A DNA stretch of 64,000 nucleotides, from contig CDPCPM010000014.1 of NCBI GenBank assembly GCA_976551045.1, forward strand, positions 12,958,001 to 13,022,000, read 5' to 3'. Each line of letters begins with the position of its first letter. The stretch's first letter is position 1. The stretch is from Glaucostegus cemiculus (taxonomy: Eukaryota). A program made the position numbers and the translations under genes. The notes under the pieces are model-generated. The model did not search any database. It saw only the letters and a list, made by a program, of their open reading frames with translations, and was not told where the DNA came from. Of this stretch, positions 49,299 through 63,295 are shown in pieces.

Positions 49299-50855
49299 AT
49301 CTTCTTCTTAAGCAGCCCTTTGGACTGAGGATTACTTGCTTCTACTCTTGAGTTCTGAAGTGACTAATGACACCAATGCGGGAGTCGCAGACTCCTCCAC
49401 AGATGAGGCAGGAAGTGCCTGATGGAGGGGGGATGGAGAGGCATTTTGTGAGACGGCGCACTCCTTCCCCTACTCATAGAAGGTTTCTGTCTTCTCCCGA
49501 TGCATATGCTTGAGGTTCTCAATGCCACTTTAAATGTTCCTTCTCCATTTTAAACAGTCATAGGTCAGAAATTCTCGGGTATTAGTAAGGATTTTGCATT
49601 TCTTCAAGGATGCTTCATGCACATTCTTGCAACATTTTCTCAGTCTACTCTTCCTCTTAGAATAGACTGTTTGGAATCAGGCATGTAAATGCCGAGGCCT
49701 TTCCAACATAACTGACTGAATATAACTGGGGAATCAATACTGGGGCTGTTGTCCTGGGAAAGAACACTGACCTTGGTGTTGTAAGACAGGTTCTTTTGGG
49801 GTCTTAAAGGGCAAGGACTCTGGACACAGTCTTTGGAGTTTAAAGATGATTTATTCACAAAGACAAATGCAGAACAGAATGAATGGGAATGGATGCACAC
49901 TTACACGTGCACACACACGTGCACACACACGCACACACAAAATCGCGAACATGGGGGACAATTGCAATGAGGGTGAGATGCGCGCACACACACACACACA
50001 ACAAACTGGTTATAAATGATCAGGGAAAGAAACCATACAACGCCTGACCCCCTTGACTCAGTGGCAAGCATTGCTTCTATGCTACCGGGAATCTACTCAG
50101 GATGCTCTGAACCCCTGTGTAAGTACACACTCTTACCAATGGTCCCTTTGGCATGGCTTTGATTCCTGCAGCAATCAAAAGAGGCTGAACCACAAACATG
50201 TGGCATTCTTTACAGTGCTGGAGAGCTGGATGGAGCCAGCCCAGGTAATTCAAAAGATCCAATGGGTCATGGCCAGGTACAAAGGTGTGTATAGAAGCCA
50301 GTGGTCAAGGGTGTACACTAATGGGGGGGTGGAGACAGTCTTGATTGACAGTGGTGTCACTTTCGACCATGTGCTTAATGGTGTCACATGACCACCATGA
50401 CCTTTCACACTACACTTGGTCCATTTGTCCTTCCAGTGAATCTGAAGGGTTTTGCTGACACAGCATTGGTGGCATTTTTCCAATGCCTTGAGCTGTCCAC
50501 TCGAGATAGCCCAGGTTTCAGAAGCATACAGGAGGGCAGAGATCACTGTTTGCCATTAGACCATGAGTTTTCTGCCAAGTGTGAGGGTTTGACCTTTCGA
50601 TATCATTTTGACCTTACAATATCATTTTTCCTAATTGACCAAAAGCTGTGCTGGTACATTAAAGGCAGTGATCACTTTCGCCATGTTTCTACCTTCACTG
50701 AAAGGTGGCTCCCAAGATGGGAGAAGTAGTCTGTCTTTCTAGGGTCTCCAAGTAAACCATTACTGTAGTGTAATGGTGGAGCTTTAGTAGAGGACCTGTG
50801 TCATGTGGATGGCGAGCATAAGGCCCAATTTCTCATATGCTTCTGATGATTAGTT
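49299..50855 (-). mobile_element. RTE-clade LINE 3' portion, split by a solo LTR
   Basis: ALLYASETW..LEKCHQCCVSKTLQIHWKDKWTK|VSVLSQDNSPSID..SQLCW; (gaa)n tail at 49300. Confidence 0.85.
49777..50414 (-). mobile_element. solo LTR, 638 bp
   Basis: TGTTGT...ACTACA ends; perfect 5-bp TSD CTTGG (49772-49776, 50415-50419); minus-strand AATAAA at ~49850. Confidence 0.85.
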
Positions 50856-50919
50856 CCACTCCCCCAGGAAGTTTGTTAGAGGTGAGGGGCACTGTTGCAA
50901 TGAGAAAGATTGAGAAACG

Positions 50920-51580
50920 TCATAGAGTCAGAAAAGCATATAGCAAAGGGACAGGCCTTTTGGCCCATTGAATCTGCACTAACCCATTTATACAAATCCC
51001 ATTTTTTATTCCCCCCCAACTTGCATCCTCATCAAGTCTTTCAATATTCTACCACTCCCCTACATCTTAAGGATGGGTTATACTGACCAATTAAACTACC
51101 AACTTGCACATCTATGGTCCAGTAGCGTATTGGTTAGTGTAATGCTATTGCAGTGCCAGTAACCCGGGTTCAATTCCCGCCTCTATCTGTAAGGAGTTTG
51201 TGCGCTCTCCCCATGTCTGCATGAGTTTCTTCCAGGTGCTCCAGTTTCCTTCCACACTCCAAAAGAAGTACAAGGTTAGGAGCTGTGGACATGCTATGTT
51301 GGCACCGGAAGAGTGCCAACATAGCATGCGGGCTGCTCCCCAGTACATTCTCAGTAATGTAAAAAGGTGCATTTCAGTTTTGATGTACATGCGATTAATA
51401 AATAAATAAATAAATATCTTATCTTTTGGAGATGAGAAGAAATGGAAGCATCCAAAGGAAGAACATGCAGTCACAGGGAGAATGTACAAACTCCACAGGG
51501 ACAACACTGGAGGTCATGATTGAACCCGGGTTCCTGGTGCTGTGAGGCAGAGGCTCTTCTACTGCATCACTGTGGCACCC
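50920..51580 (-). mobile_element. V-SINE with CR1-type tail, interrupted
   Basis: Tail acaggccttttggccc at ~50950; head and V-domain gggagaatgtacaaactccaca...gattgaacccggg at 51430-51580. Confidence 0.8.
51116..51425 (+). mobile_element. V-SINE with Rex1-type tail, nested in the previous SINE
   Basis: ggttagtgtaatgct...gggttcaattccc...gtacatgcgattaataaa...tatcttatctt. Confidence 0.9.
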
Positions 51581-51799
51581 AAAGGTGTTGGGACAATGAT
51601 ACACCTGGTTTGGCACTGGCCTTCTCCAAGACTGGTTCTGTGATAGAGCCATAGGTTCAAGTCATGTCTTACTACTGTCTTGGGTCAAGTGTAAAATGGA
51701 GATGAAGTTTTGTGACAATTCAATTTAAGGAAGGTGTTCCACCATCCCTCCTGAGTGATGGAGTCAATTGCTTTAGTGAGGTGAAGGAAGGTCGTGTTT

Positions 51800-53580
51800 A
51801 CAGATCATTGAGAGAGGCGAGAGAGGAGATTCCTGCAGTCTTGACAAAGATCGTTGTATCAACTCTAGCCACAGGTGAGATCCAAGAGGACTAGAGTGTA
51901 ACCAATGTTGTTCCTTTGTTTAAGATGTCTTAAGATAAGATATCTTTATTAGTCACATGTACAGCGAAACACACAGTGAAATGCAACTTTTGCGTAAAAT
52001 ATTCTGGGGGCAGCCCATTAGTGTCGGCAAACTTCTGGTGCCAATATAGGATGCCCATAACTTCCTATCCTGAACATCTTTGGAAAGTGGGAGGAATCCA
52101 GAGCACCCGGAGTAAACCCACGCAGTAACAGGGAGAACATACAAACTCCTTACAGACAGTAGCCGGAATTGAACACAGGTTGCTGGTACTGTAATAGCAT
52201 TACACTAACCCCTACCAATAGGGATAATCTAGGAAATCAGAGGCTGGTAAGCCTCACATCAGTGAAAGGGAAGCTATTGGAGAGGATTTGTAGGGATAGA
52301 ATTTATTCACATATGGAATAGCTTGGGCTTATTATGAATAGACAGCTTGACTTAGTGCAGGGCAGGTCATGTCTTATAGACTTGATTGAGGTGATTGAGG
52401 GTAAGGCAGTGGATGTTGTCTACATGGGCTTTAGCAAGGCATTTGACAAGGTCCCTCATGATAGGCTGATCCAGAAGAGTAAGATGCATGGGATCCATGG
52501 AGGTTTTGGTAGAAAGGATTCAATATTGGCTTGGACATAGAGACAGAGGGTAATGGTGGAAGGTTGTTATTTTGACTGGAGGTCTATGACTAGTGGTGTT
52601 CCACAGGAGTCAGTGCTAGGACCTCTGTTGTTTGTGATACATGTTAATGAACATGGAAGAAAATGTAGATGGACAGATTAGCTAGTTTGCAGATGACACA
52701 AACATTTGTGGAGTTGTGGATAGTGAAGAAGGTTGTCAAAGGATACAGCAGGATATAGATCAGTTGCAGATGTGCATGGAGAAATGACAGGTGGAGTTTC
52801 ATCCAGGCAAATGTAGGGTGTTACACTTTAGGAGGTCAAGTACAGTAGATGACAGGGCCCTTAGGAGCATAGCTGTACAGAGGGATCTTGTGGTCCAAGT
52901 CCATAGCTCCATGAAAGTGGCAGCACAAGTAAACAGGGTGGTAAAGAAGGTGTATGGGCTGCATGCCTTCATCAGTCAGTGCATTGAGTATAAAAGTTGG
53001 CAAGTCATGTTGCAGCTGTATAAAACTTGGTTAGGCCACACTTGGAGTATTGGGTGCAGTTTTGGTTTCTCTATTGCAGGAAAGATGTGGAAGCTTTGGA
53101 GAGGGTGCAGGAGAGATTCACCAGGATGCTGCCCGGATTGGAGTAGATTTGCTGTAAGGAGAGGTTGGACAAACTAGAATTGTTTTCTCCGGAGTGTGAG
53201 AGGCTGAGTGGAGACCTGATAGAGGTGCATAAAATTATGAGAGCCATAGATATAGTAGATAGAGATTTTTTTTCCAGGGTAGAAATGTCAAGTACTAGAA
53301 GGCATAGTTTTAAGGTGAAAGGAAGAAAGTTTAGAGGAGATGCGTGAGGTTAGTTTTTACACTAAAAGTGGTAGGTGCCTGGAACACACTGCCAGGGTGG
53401 TGTGGAAGGAGGCAGGATACTGACATCTAAGAGGCATTTAGAGAGGCATATTAACAGTGAGGGAATGGAGGGATATGGATCATGTGCAGGCAGATAGGCT
53501 AAATTTAACTTGGCATCATAATTGGCACAGACATTGTGGACTGAAGGGTCTGTTCCTGTGCTGCACTGTTCTATGTTCTA
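51800..53580 (+). mobile_element. CR1 RT domain to 3' end, degenerate
   Basis: GRSCLIDLIE..VDVVYMGFSKAFDKVPH, SGVPQESVLGPLLF, FADDT, LSGDLIEVHKIM; tail ttctatgttcta. Confidence 0.92.
51930..52216 (-). mobile_element. V-SINE with Rex1-type tail, nested in CR1
   Basis: taagataagatatctttattagtcacatgtac...ccagagcacccggagtaaacccacgcag. Confidence 0.9.
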
Positions 53581-54409
53581 TAATATCTGGTGCTACCTCC
53601 TGTATTTTTCTTGAAGTTGTCACCCAGTGAAAGACTGGCATAAGTGCTTTGGAAGGACAGAATCCATACAGCATCAAAGCAAAGGAATTTAAAAGTTACT
53701 CCTTTCACTCCTCCGGATTCAGATTAATTGCCAGAAGTTACAGTCTACCTTCACCTGACACATGCAGCACCTGATGTGCAGTTACACAATATGAAAACTC
53801 CACATCACATTATCATGGAATGGTAAACAAGTATGCACTTTTACAACACCAGAGATTGATATTTAATGCCTCTCAGTTCAAAGAGGGCCAAAAGAAATCT
53901 GTCATCACACAGACTATCAAAGGAACATGATCTCACCTTCTGTTGAGCATGAATCATATACACATTTGCTGGAAATCACAGATTTCTCTGGAAATCTTTA
54001 CAGACTTTATAGTAAACATTGTCAATCAGTCCTTATCCAGATCACAATTTTTGTGACTTCCCAGTAATTCCTTATTAAGATTTGCAACAAATAAAAACAA
54101 CTGTATGTGCACACGCCATCCTGTCAACTGAAAAGTAATTTGAAATGGACAGGTCTCATAAATTTGGAATCACTGTAGTGTCATTGTATTATTTCCATTT
54201 CAATTTGTGATAGCTTTGTGTGGTACTATGGCCATGAAAACTTTTTTTTAACAAGTATAAAATAAACCTGACAGTTTAAGTCTAAGTACTATGCTTCTAC
54301 AACTGTTATTTTAATGGAGATGTTTAGTATATTTATTTTAAATGGATTGGTGCTCTATTTGAAATAATCAATTGAAAAATGTCACTCAGATAATAATGCA
54401 AACTCTGAC

Positions 54410-55185
54410 TTCCCCACTACCAACATCCTTGGGGTCACACCTGACCAAAAAATTTAACTGGACCAGCCACGTAATTACTGTAGCTCAAGAGACTGAGTGC
54501 CATGCAGTAAACAAATCATCCCAAAGCCTCTCTACCATTTACCTGCCATAACTCGAGAGTGTGATTAGACATTCTCCACATACATAAATGAGTGATGCTC
54601 CAGCAAAACTCAAGAAATTTGACACCATCCAAGACGAAGGAGCCCACTTGATCAGTGCACTATGTGTCACCCTAAACATTCACTCTGCCAAGCTACATTG
54701 TGTCTATAAGATCCATCCAGAACCTTTGGTGTGCATGTCCTGAAATTTGACTTTTTCCACCAAGAGGGTCTCGGGCAACAATCACCTGGGAATAGCAACA
54801 CTTGTAATCTCCCTGGACTTCACCAGCCATTCATCATTGCGAGGCTAAAACCCTGAAACTCTCTACCTCAAAGCACTTTGGGAGTGCCCTTACACTGGAA
54901 TCTAACAAGAAATAAAAGCAAACGTAGAGCATTTGACCACTCATATTTGCTCTGCCATTCAATAAGATCATGACTGATCTTTTACCTCAGTCCCACTCTC
55001 TTTCACTAATCTGATATTCCCTTTATATCAAAACATCTGATAATTCCCTTTATATCAAAACATATATTACCACACGTGTAGCAGAAGTTCAAAGCAGCAA
55101 CTTACCACTGCCTTCTCAGACCAATTAAGAAAGAGAATTAAATACTGGTCTTGTCAGCTATACTTGTATCCTGCTTATGAATACT
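54410..55185 (+). mobile_element. old CR1-group LINE 3' portion with a small antisense CR1 tail insert (~54905-55065)
   Basis: caacatccttggggtcac...aactggaccagccac...ctcaagaaatttgacaccatccaagac; same family as 37860-39790. Confidence 0.7.
55011..55063. repeat. ~27-bp tandem duplication
   Basis: ctgata(a)ttccctttatatcaaaacat twice. Confidence 0.85.
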
Positions 55186-56021
55186 AAAATACGAAGAGAG
55201 ATAGTGAGACTAAGATGAATACTAAGAGAGAGGTTTCACTAATATGGTGGAATTAATTGATCTGATTGGTCAATATTATGGAGTTAACTGCAAATCATTG
55301 ACATTAGGAAATAGACATTTGGTATAATGTTTGAAGATCTTCTACCTTGCATTTTAGTAAAAGAGTTATGCCAACTATAAAAATCATTCAAGAGAGGGCA
55401 GTCCCACAATGTTCAGCTTCTTTTACCACTCCCCTCCTTATAACAAAGACCCATAACATGCAAACAGGATAAGGACAAAGGGCAGGTAAGAATCACACCG
55501 TACAAGGGCCACTACTTAATGATTAAACCCAATCACCTGCCAAAATCTTCAACAGAAAAACCATCACTCAGTTTAAAGCAATATCCTTGGTGTCATTACT
55601 GGTCCATAGCTTAATTTGAAGAGGCAATATTAATCTTTTCACTAAAGGGCAGTAAAAGGCAATCTCTGGGGTCTCTATGCCAAATGACTTCCTGATTCCT
55701 CAAAGCCACTCCAACATCTTTCAGTTTGAGTCAAGAGGTTGGAACACTCACCACTTACAATAATAGATGCAATTGCAAAAGCTCTCAAGGAGCTTGATAT
55801 TATCCAGCACAAAGCAATGTGCTTGATTTGTGCATCAGTCATTGAACTCAATTCATCTCCTTCAACATCAGCACACCGCAGCTACAGTGGGTACTACTTT
55901 GAGAACAATATAACCACAGAGACCATGTAACATTGATTCATTCCACTGATGCTGATGATAATGATCTTCAAGTAAGTGACTTCAAAAACTGGGACTGTAT
56001 TCATTGGAACACAGAAGGTTA

Positions 56022-56368
56022 TGGCAGTAAGATGGCACAGCTAGTAGAAATGATGCCTCACAACTCCAGCAACACGGATTCAATCCTAACCTTCAGTGCT
56101 CACTGCATAGAGCTTGCATGTTCTCCCTATGGCCACCGTGTGCTCCGGTTTCCTCCCACTTCCCAAATATATGAAGTTAGTTAATTGGCCATTGTAAAGT
56201 ACTGCTCGTGCATAGGTGAGTGGGAGAATCTGGAGGGAATAGTGGAAAAGTGTGGAGAATGAGATCAGTGTAGGATTAGTGCAAATGGGTGCTTGATGGT
56301 CAGTGTGGACTCTGTGGCCCAAAAGGCCTGTTTTCCTACTGTATCTCTCTATAACTATGACTCCATGA
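56022..56368 (+). mobile_element. V-SINE (HE1-like) with CR1-type tail
   Basis: ttgcatgttctcc...ctccggtttcctcccac...ggcccaaaaggcctgttttcctactgtatctct. Confidence 0.85.
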
Positions 56369-59339
56369 GATTAAAGATTTTTAAAATGAAGAAGCATTTT
56401 CATGAACAGAAAAGGGAAAGTGTATCGAAAAGGAGGTGATGAACCTGATCCCACCTTCAGCATTTGCTTCATAACTCTGCAGGACACAGCTCTTAAAATG
56501 CACATCCAAAGTAGAGAGTGTTTCTATCTCTGCCAATACTTCAGGCAATAAGTTCCCAGACCCTACTATCTTCTAGGTGAAAAATGTTATTCTCTTTTCC
56601 TCTCTAATCCGTCTTCCAGTTACTTTATATCTATGGCCCTTGGTTTTTGACTTATCAGTTTAGGGAATGTTTTACACAGGGAATAGCTGAAATGTTCAAG
56701 AAGTAAAGAACATGTATTTACATAGTGCCTTTCACAACCTAAGAATGTCCGAGAGTGATTCACAATCAGTATATTGTCAATCTTGCAATGTTAACTGTTT
56801 TACACACCTTTTAGTGTGGTAAGGTAGCTTTCTCATGCAGATTTGCATATTGAATATCAATGGAAACTGCTCATTGATGAGTCAACTATAGATCCACTCC
56901 TAAGAGACATCATTACAGAGAAGATTTTTACTCCTGAACTGAACTTTACTCAAAGTAACAACAATTTATTGAAGTTTTCTGATTTCTGTTTCTGTTCCAT
57001 AAACAATCTCCTTTTGTTCATTCCAGTTTCACAAAATCAGAAGTGCCCTGTTATGAAAACTATTGTATTCTGCTTATTTAAAAAAATCAGGGACAAAGGG
57101 ATCAAATAACTCACTCGTCCCCTGTAGAAATAGGCTACATCAGCAACCTGTCGAATTTGAAACATTGAACATTGGATTCTGCATAAAGTGAGGGATTAAA
57201 AGAAAAAGAAAAGCTACACTTGTTCAATTAATGATATTCAGTCAATAAACAGAAAATGCTAATCTTGCCATACTTAGAGAGTAACATTGAAGCAATGTAT
57301 TAAACATGTGAGAATTAATTGATAGTGAGGATAAACCATTCTTACATACAGCTCGATTTCTTTCCATTTCCCATGTGGGCATCCTTTTTGTTAAACCAGT
57401 TCTGAGTTGCCTTTTCCACGTTCTGCTACAAACTTGAGTCCCATGAGAGCCTTTGGCTGGGCTCTTCTGTTAAATATAAATTATCGAGAGCCAAAGTATT
57501 TGACTAATCAGCAGTATAATTCCACAGGGCTGAACATAAGAATGGCAAATGCCAATATCCACTGCATGCCTTATGGATCAACAAACCAATATAGAGAAAC
57601 TGATCCATCATTCTGTCACTGATTCCAGTACTGCAGTTAGAGGCTTGCCAATTAAAACTGCAGATTTAACTTGCACTGCTCAAGAATGATAGCAGATACA
57701 TGATAAATAGGGACCCTTGTGCCCTGGTGCTGGGCTAAATCCAACGCTTTTAATGTAGCCGATTGTTATGGGATTGTATGAGCCAATCATGGAAGACGTG
57801 GGCACTAGCAGTGTCAGGACCTTGAGTTCTTTACATTGTAAACAACATGAGAGAATCTGTAAACTAATTTTTTAAATTATTATTTTTATTTATCAGGGGA
57901 TTGAGGTGCACTGCATATTGTAAGCTTTACTCATATAGATCAAAGGTTGGGACTCAGACTCCACAGTGGCAGATTTTTGGCGAAGGAGCTGTTGAAGCAA
58001 ATTTATTTAATTATTTTTGATTACTTTTTATATTACGAATTTGGAATCTCAGGCAAGCTGAAATGCATGGCATTTCTTAACATCTTGTTTGACTTCTGGT
58101 TAAGTACCTGTCATCTTGACATAAACATGTAATGCTATTGAATGGCATTGTATAAATTCTCAGTAAAAAGCTGAGTATAGGAAATATTCACTATTGGTCT
58201 CCTAGTTAGCAATTGAAACTAATCTATTTAAATAGACAAATTTTGTTCCTATATTTTTAATTGCCTTTTTAACAACACTATTTCAAAGCCCTGTAATTAT
58301 TTTATTAAATTATCCTTGGATACTGTTTCGAACAATTGATACTAATTCTGTACAGCCTAAGCAGAGAGTAATATACTAGACTCAAACATAAATATGAAAT
58401 ACACCTCTTCATTCACCTCATCTACTTACTCCTTTCAATCTTGCACCATAGAACTTGACCCTTTGCTTAGATGCAATTCAAAAAGTGAAGTGAAGACAAA
58501 TGTGTGCTTTACAGCCTATCCATTAGTTAAGCACCAGCCTATAGCGAAGTAAGGATGTCTATTGGAGTGAAAGTCAGAAGCATTTCAAGAAGTATTCTAT
58601 CGCAACAAATCACTATTCTAACTGCAATAAGATATTTTGCATTTCAGGATATAATGTTCCTGTCATTGTAAAATAATGCATCTTCTAATTTTCTGTCAGC
58701 TGAATAAAAGCCTTAAATTTAAACATGTTTACTTAAGCAGAACTCAGATATTGGAGTATTTAGTACTGTTGCAGAAGAATTTGGTCAGGAAAGCAAATGA
58801 ATTACAATTATATCTTAAATATTTTATATATATCTTGACACTTGCTTATAAATTGGATAATGATAGTAAAAAATGCCCACCATTAGATGCAAATGTTTTG
58901 TTCACATAACTTGAGTTTATTTGACAATCTTCAGTAAGGAAACCATATTGGCATTGAAATTCTATAGACAATCTCCCTGCCGTTAATGCTCTGTATCATC
59001 CATAGAGTTATATAATTAAAAGTAGGAATGGTCACCTTGAGTCGTTCATGTTGTTTCTTTACAAGACTTGGCAAATCTCCTGTCAAAGATAGGAAACCAG
59101 GAGAATCCCAAAGAACTTCCAGGTATATTTAGTCATTATTCAAAATCCAAGCAATAGATATTTGTTACCGCAGGTTTGGAGAGATCGCCAATGTCTCCCT
59201 TTTTAAGATCTTAAAGTATTTTATCAACCTGTTCTATCACTTCTAAGCCTCTGAATTCTTTTATAGGAGAGGTACTGTGAATAATGATCTTCAGAATATC
59301 TGCTGGAATGTATAAAAGCTTTGAGGTAATTTTGCTCAG

Positions 59340-59545
59340 ATGACACCATGGTGACAAGTAGAAATTTCCATCTCACACTTTTCGAAAAAGGCCATGAAAT
59401 TGCTTGGGATGAAAATTACATAGTTATACCTGGGATTCCCCTGACAATGCCTTCCATTGATGACTCCATGTGTGAAGTACTTGGCTAACTGTGAAATGTT
59501 TTGGGACATCCTGAAAGGTACAATGTAAATGGATTTTATTAAAGC
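59340..59545 (+). mobile_element. SINE remnant with Deu-SINE-type tail
   Basis: gtgaaatgttttgggacatcctgaaaggtacaatgtaaatg. Confidence 0.45.
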
Positions 59546-61129
59546 ACAGATGGTAAGCAATAGTCTGAAAAAAATTTGGTGAGGAAACAGAAATGTTGAT
59601 GCAGACAGAAAATGGAATTAATAAACAGCAACTGCTGTCTTTCAGGGCTACAATTAATATCCTTACCCCTAAGATAGAGATGTGAATATTAGCAAGGGTC
59701 ATTATCTGTAGATTTTACTGGAGGTGCATGTAAAAGAGAAGGGTAGTTTTCAGCTCTTATGATCAAATTAACTTCTATCTTACTGAGCCTTTATACCACA
59801 TGTCTGAACTAAGAGTAGTAGGCAACTATCAGAAAACTATAAGTGCTTTTCCCATAGTTTCTCACCTATTGGCAATAAAGCATGCACTGTTTAAATGTCA
59901 CAGATTAAGAATGTGCATGGTGGTCTTAACCTAACAAAGATTCAATCTCTTCAGATAAATAAGAGAGGAAGGAAGAAGAAAATCTGACAGAAAAATGATA
60001 AAAAACAATCTACAATCTTAAAAATCACTAGTTTGGCAGAAGGTAGAATTATTTCTAATCAATGTTCTTATTCTCTTGTGGAAATCTGCATTTTTCATCT
60101 TCCCTCACAACGAGGAGCTATTCAGAACGTTGCCTGACATTAATCACAAACATGTCAGGATGTGGCTCTGCAGATAAATTCTGGTTAGCAAACAAAACCA
60201 GCCTTAATACTGATCAGGAGATGTTCAAATGAATTAAGTCCAGTAACAGCGGGACACTACTTATCTGCTCAGCATATTCTTACATTTTTTTTTAGTTCAA
60301 TTGACTTTCATATGGCTGCATCTGTTTCTCATGAATTCTTTCCTGACATACCCATGACTGTTGTCATTCACACGAGTAAGGTAGATCCCTGGTGTGAGAA
60401 AGGTTTAGTACAGCAGATCACCACAGGAGGACGGAATTAATGATAATAGTCAGATTGCTCATTTAAAGAGGACGTGAATTTTAATCTTTTTCTTTCATCA
60501 TCCATACTGTTGTGTTTTAGTAACTACACCTAAATGTGTTTATTTAATATTGTGTTTACTATCAATAATAATTTAACAATAATTCTTTAATATCTATTTC
60601 TTGTCTTTTCCTCATTTTATTATTTGATATTTCCACTCTCCAAAAAACAATGAAGAAAAAATTCCAAGAAAACTTGGAAACTTACTAATTAATATGTCTG
60701 GTTAATTTAACATGAATAATTGAAAGCAGACATAAGGCTAGTGAAGTTGTAGATTCATATTTGATTGCTTTTATTCATTGCTTACATTGCAAAATAGTAG
60801 TTCCAGCATACTGATAACAAAATAAGCCTTCCAGATTAAAAATGCAGCAGATTTCCAAACTTCATGTGCATTGCTGTTAATGGATCAGCTGGCCACACAG
60901 GTACTGCCAGATATGATGTAAGCAGTTAGGGAAGACTGATTATCTAAGTTACACATTTGTGGAGTTCCCTGACATACACATGTATCAAACACCAAGACAC
61001 CCAACTTTCTATGTAGAATGGATGCTGAGAACTTTCCATATGCAGATGCTAATTTAAGCAACCCAGTAAAATTTTCCTCTACAGTTTTCAGACTGCTTTC
61101 ATTCATATTCCTTTTTGGCTTCTGATGGG

Positions 61130-61570
61130 AGCTTCTGTGATAATTGCTGTGGCTTGCTCACAGGTATCCCGTTTCTGTCTTTTAGGAGAGAAAGATGTAA
61201 TGAGTGAATAGGTAACGGTTGGACTGTCCCAATAAATACCTGAATATCAAAGGGTCATGATTAATGGTATAAAACAGCCAGTAGAATGTAAGGGTGAATT
61301 TATAGAAGACATAACCATAAGACAAAGCAAAATGGTTTGAACTTTGTTGATGGCCTGTTAGTGACTCTGTCAGCATTCGGGAGTATGCGCATATAGGGTT
61401 AAACTTTTCCTCCTGAAGTTTGTTGCTGTTTATGAGACCTGCCTATTTGAATTTTTTTTCAATTGACAGGATGGCGGGTGCTGTTTAACTATGTTTCCAA
61501 ATTTGATGTGGCTCCCAAACTCTGAACTTATACTAGTTTATGACGCAAATAAAGGTCATTAATGAATATC
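61130..61570. promoter_or_regulatory. candidate conserved non-coding enhancer
   Basis: TGATTAATGG at 61258-61267, CTGTCA, TGACAG, GGTCATTAATG, retained CpGs. Confidence 0.35.
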
Positions 61571-61864
61571 AAAAACACCAGTGGTACCAGACCCTACAGT
61601 ATGCATCTCTTATGCCAATCTCACTTTCACATTGACATTATCCCTTCAAGATACATTTTAGTTTTCACTTTTAAGATACAAGTTTCCTAACTTACTGTTA
61701 ATCAGGATCCATGTTTGTTGCAATCTGCTTGGTTGATGTTTGCTGGGACACTCAGTGCATAGATGATGAGGGACTAACCAAGGTCAGATTTCTGAAACCT
61801 GCAGGTTTTTTTTGAGAGGTCATTTTCAATTTGGTTTTGGACAACAATTGCAATCAGAAGGCCT

Positions 61865-62440
61865 CAGTATTAAGAAAGAAATCTATGGACTGCAGCAAGA
61901 AATTAATAGACTGGCTAGATGCCAACAAAATAGAATACTGAATTCAACCAAGAGAAATGTGAGGTAATGCATTGGGGAGTATGGACTGTGCAGGCAAATA
62001 TGTAATAGTTGGTGAAACTTTTAAGTGTAGAATTACAGATGAATCTTTGACTGCATGTTCACAGAACCTTAAACATAGCAGGACAATTGGGTAATGCTGT
62101 TAGGAAGACATATGGCAGACTTTGATATATTGGCTGAGACTAGGATGTAGGTGCAGGAAAGTTGTTTTGGAAGTGTATAAATCACTGGTTAAGCCACAAG
62201 GTACATGCAAACACCAAAGCCAAAGGGGATTTATGCAAACTGGCGAATCTGAATTAGGATGAAATGTGCTGACTTTGTTGTCAATGGAATAAAGTAGGTT
62301 GTGTTAAGATTTAATTGAAGTATGTAAAGTTAGGAGTGGTCTGGATAAGGTGAATGGGAAGGCTTTACTTTCCTTAGAAGCCTTATCAGCTGCTTTCTGT
62401 AGCAGATTTAAGGTAATGAGTAACGTAAAGTAATGGTTTA
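61865..62440 (+). mobile_element. very old CR1 ORF2 fragment
   Basis: gaattcaac...aaatgtgaggtaatgcattgggg...gtataaatcactggttaagccaca. Confidence 0.65.
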
Positions 62441-63064
62441 CAGAGACAAAGATTTCTTTGCAAGTTAAGTCTTATTCCATAATTTATTCAGAAACTGCAG
62501 AAGTTTGACCTTATTTCTTTAATATTCTTTCAATAAAAACTCATAGCTCTTACTTCCTATTTTAGGGGCAAGTAAACCCTTATGTCAATCCAAGTATTCA
62601 CAATCATTGTTCAGTTGTTCACTTCCAGGGAGAGCACACATCCAAGACAGGCTCCTTCCAGCCTGGGTCTGACCTGGAAACTCAGCATTTCCCTTTCTCC
62701 TGCACATTTATTCTGTTCATTTCCTAAACAGTTAATTTGCCAAGCTGAGTATGTAACTCACCTTCATTTCCCCCACTCCATTTCACCTGATTCTTTTATC
62801 AGCTGGATCATATTTATAGACAAATGAGAATGTGTCCTTTCCTTTGCCCCTTATTTGACTGAATTTAGCTGTGTGTTGTCCAGACCAATCATCAGTTGTG
62901 TTACACATCTCTTCTGCTAGTGTCTATTCTCTTTCATTTGGAAAATGAGGCCAATATTCTCTCTTCATATTTTATTTTCTGCTAGTTCCTTACTCTCGAT
63001 ACTACTCCTACGTCAGCTCTCCACAATATGCAAGCAATCATAAAGCAAAGGACAATGTGTGAGG

Positions 63065-63295
63065 TAAAATGAAAACAGAAAATGCTCAAAATACTAGCAG
63101 ACCAGCCAACAGTTCTCATTCTTTGGAATGAGAAACGAAGTTAATTCTCAGGTTGCTGAACTCTCATTGTGATAAGAAGGTCATCAAATTAAAATTTAAC
63201 TCCACTTCTCTCTCTGCAGTTGCTATCTGACCTATTGAGCATTTCAAAAATGTTCTGTCTTTACTTCAGATTTCACCATCAGTTTTGTTTCTGTT
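63065..63295. mobile_element. old palindromic Penelope-end unit
   Basis: aacagaaaatgctcaaaatactagcag pairs loosely with ctgacctattgagcatttcaaaaatgttctg. Confidence 0.55.

Noticed and set aside
57898-57920. Micro-exon between tttatcag and gtaagc
   Set aside because: Splice-like motifs alone are common in AT-rich DNA and there is no other support.
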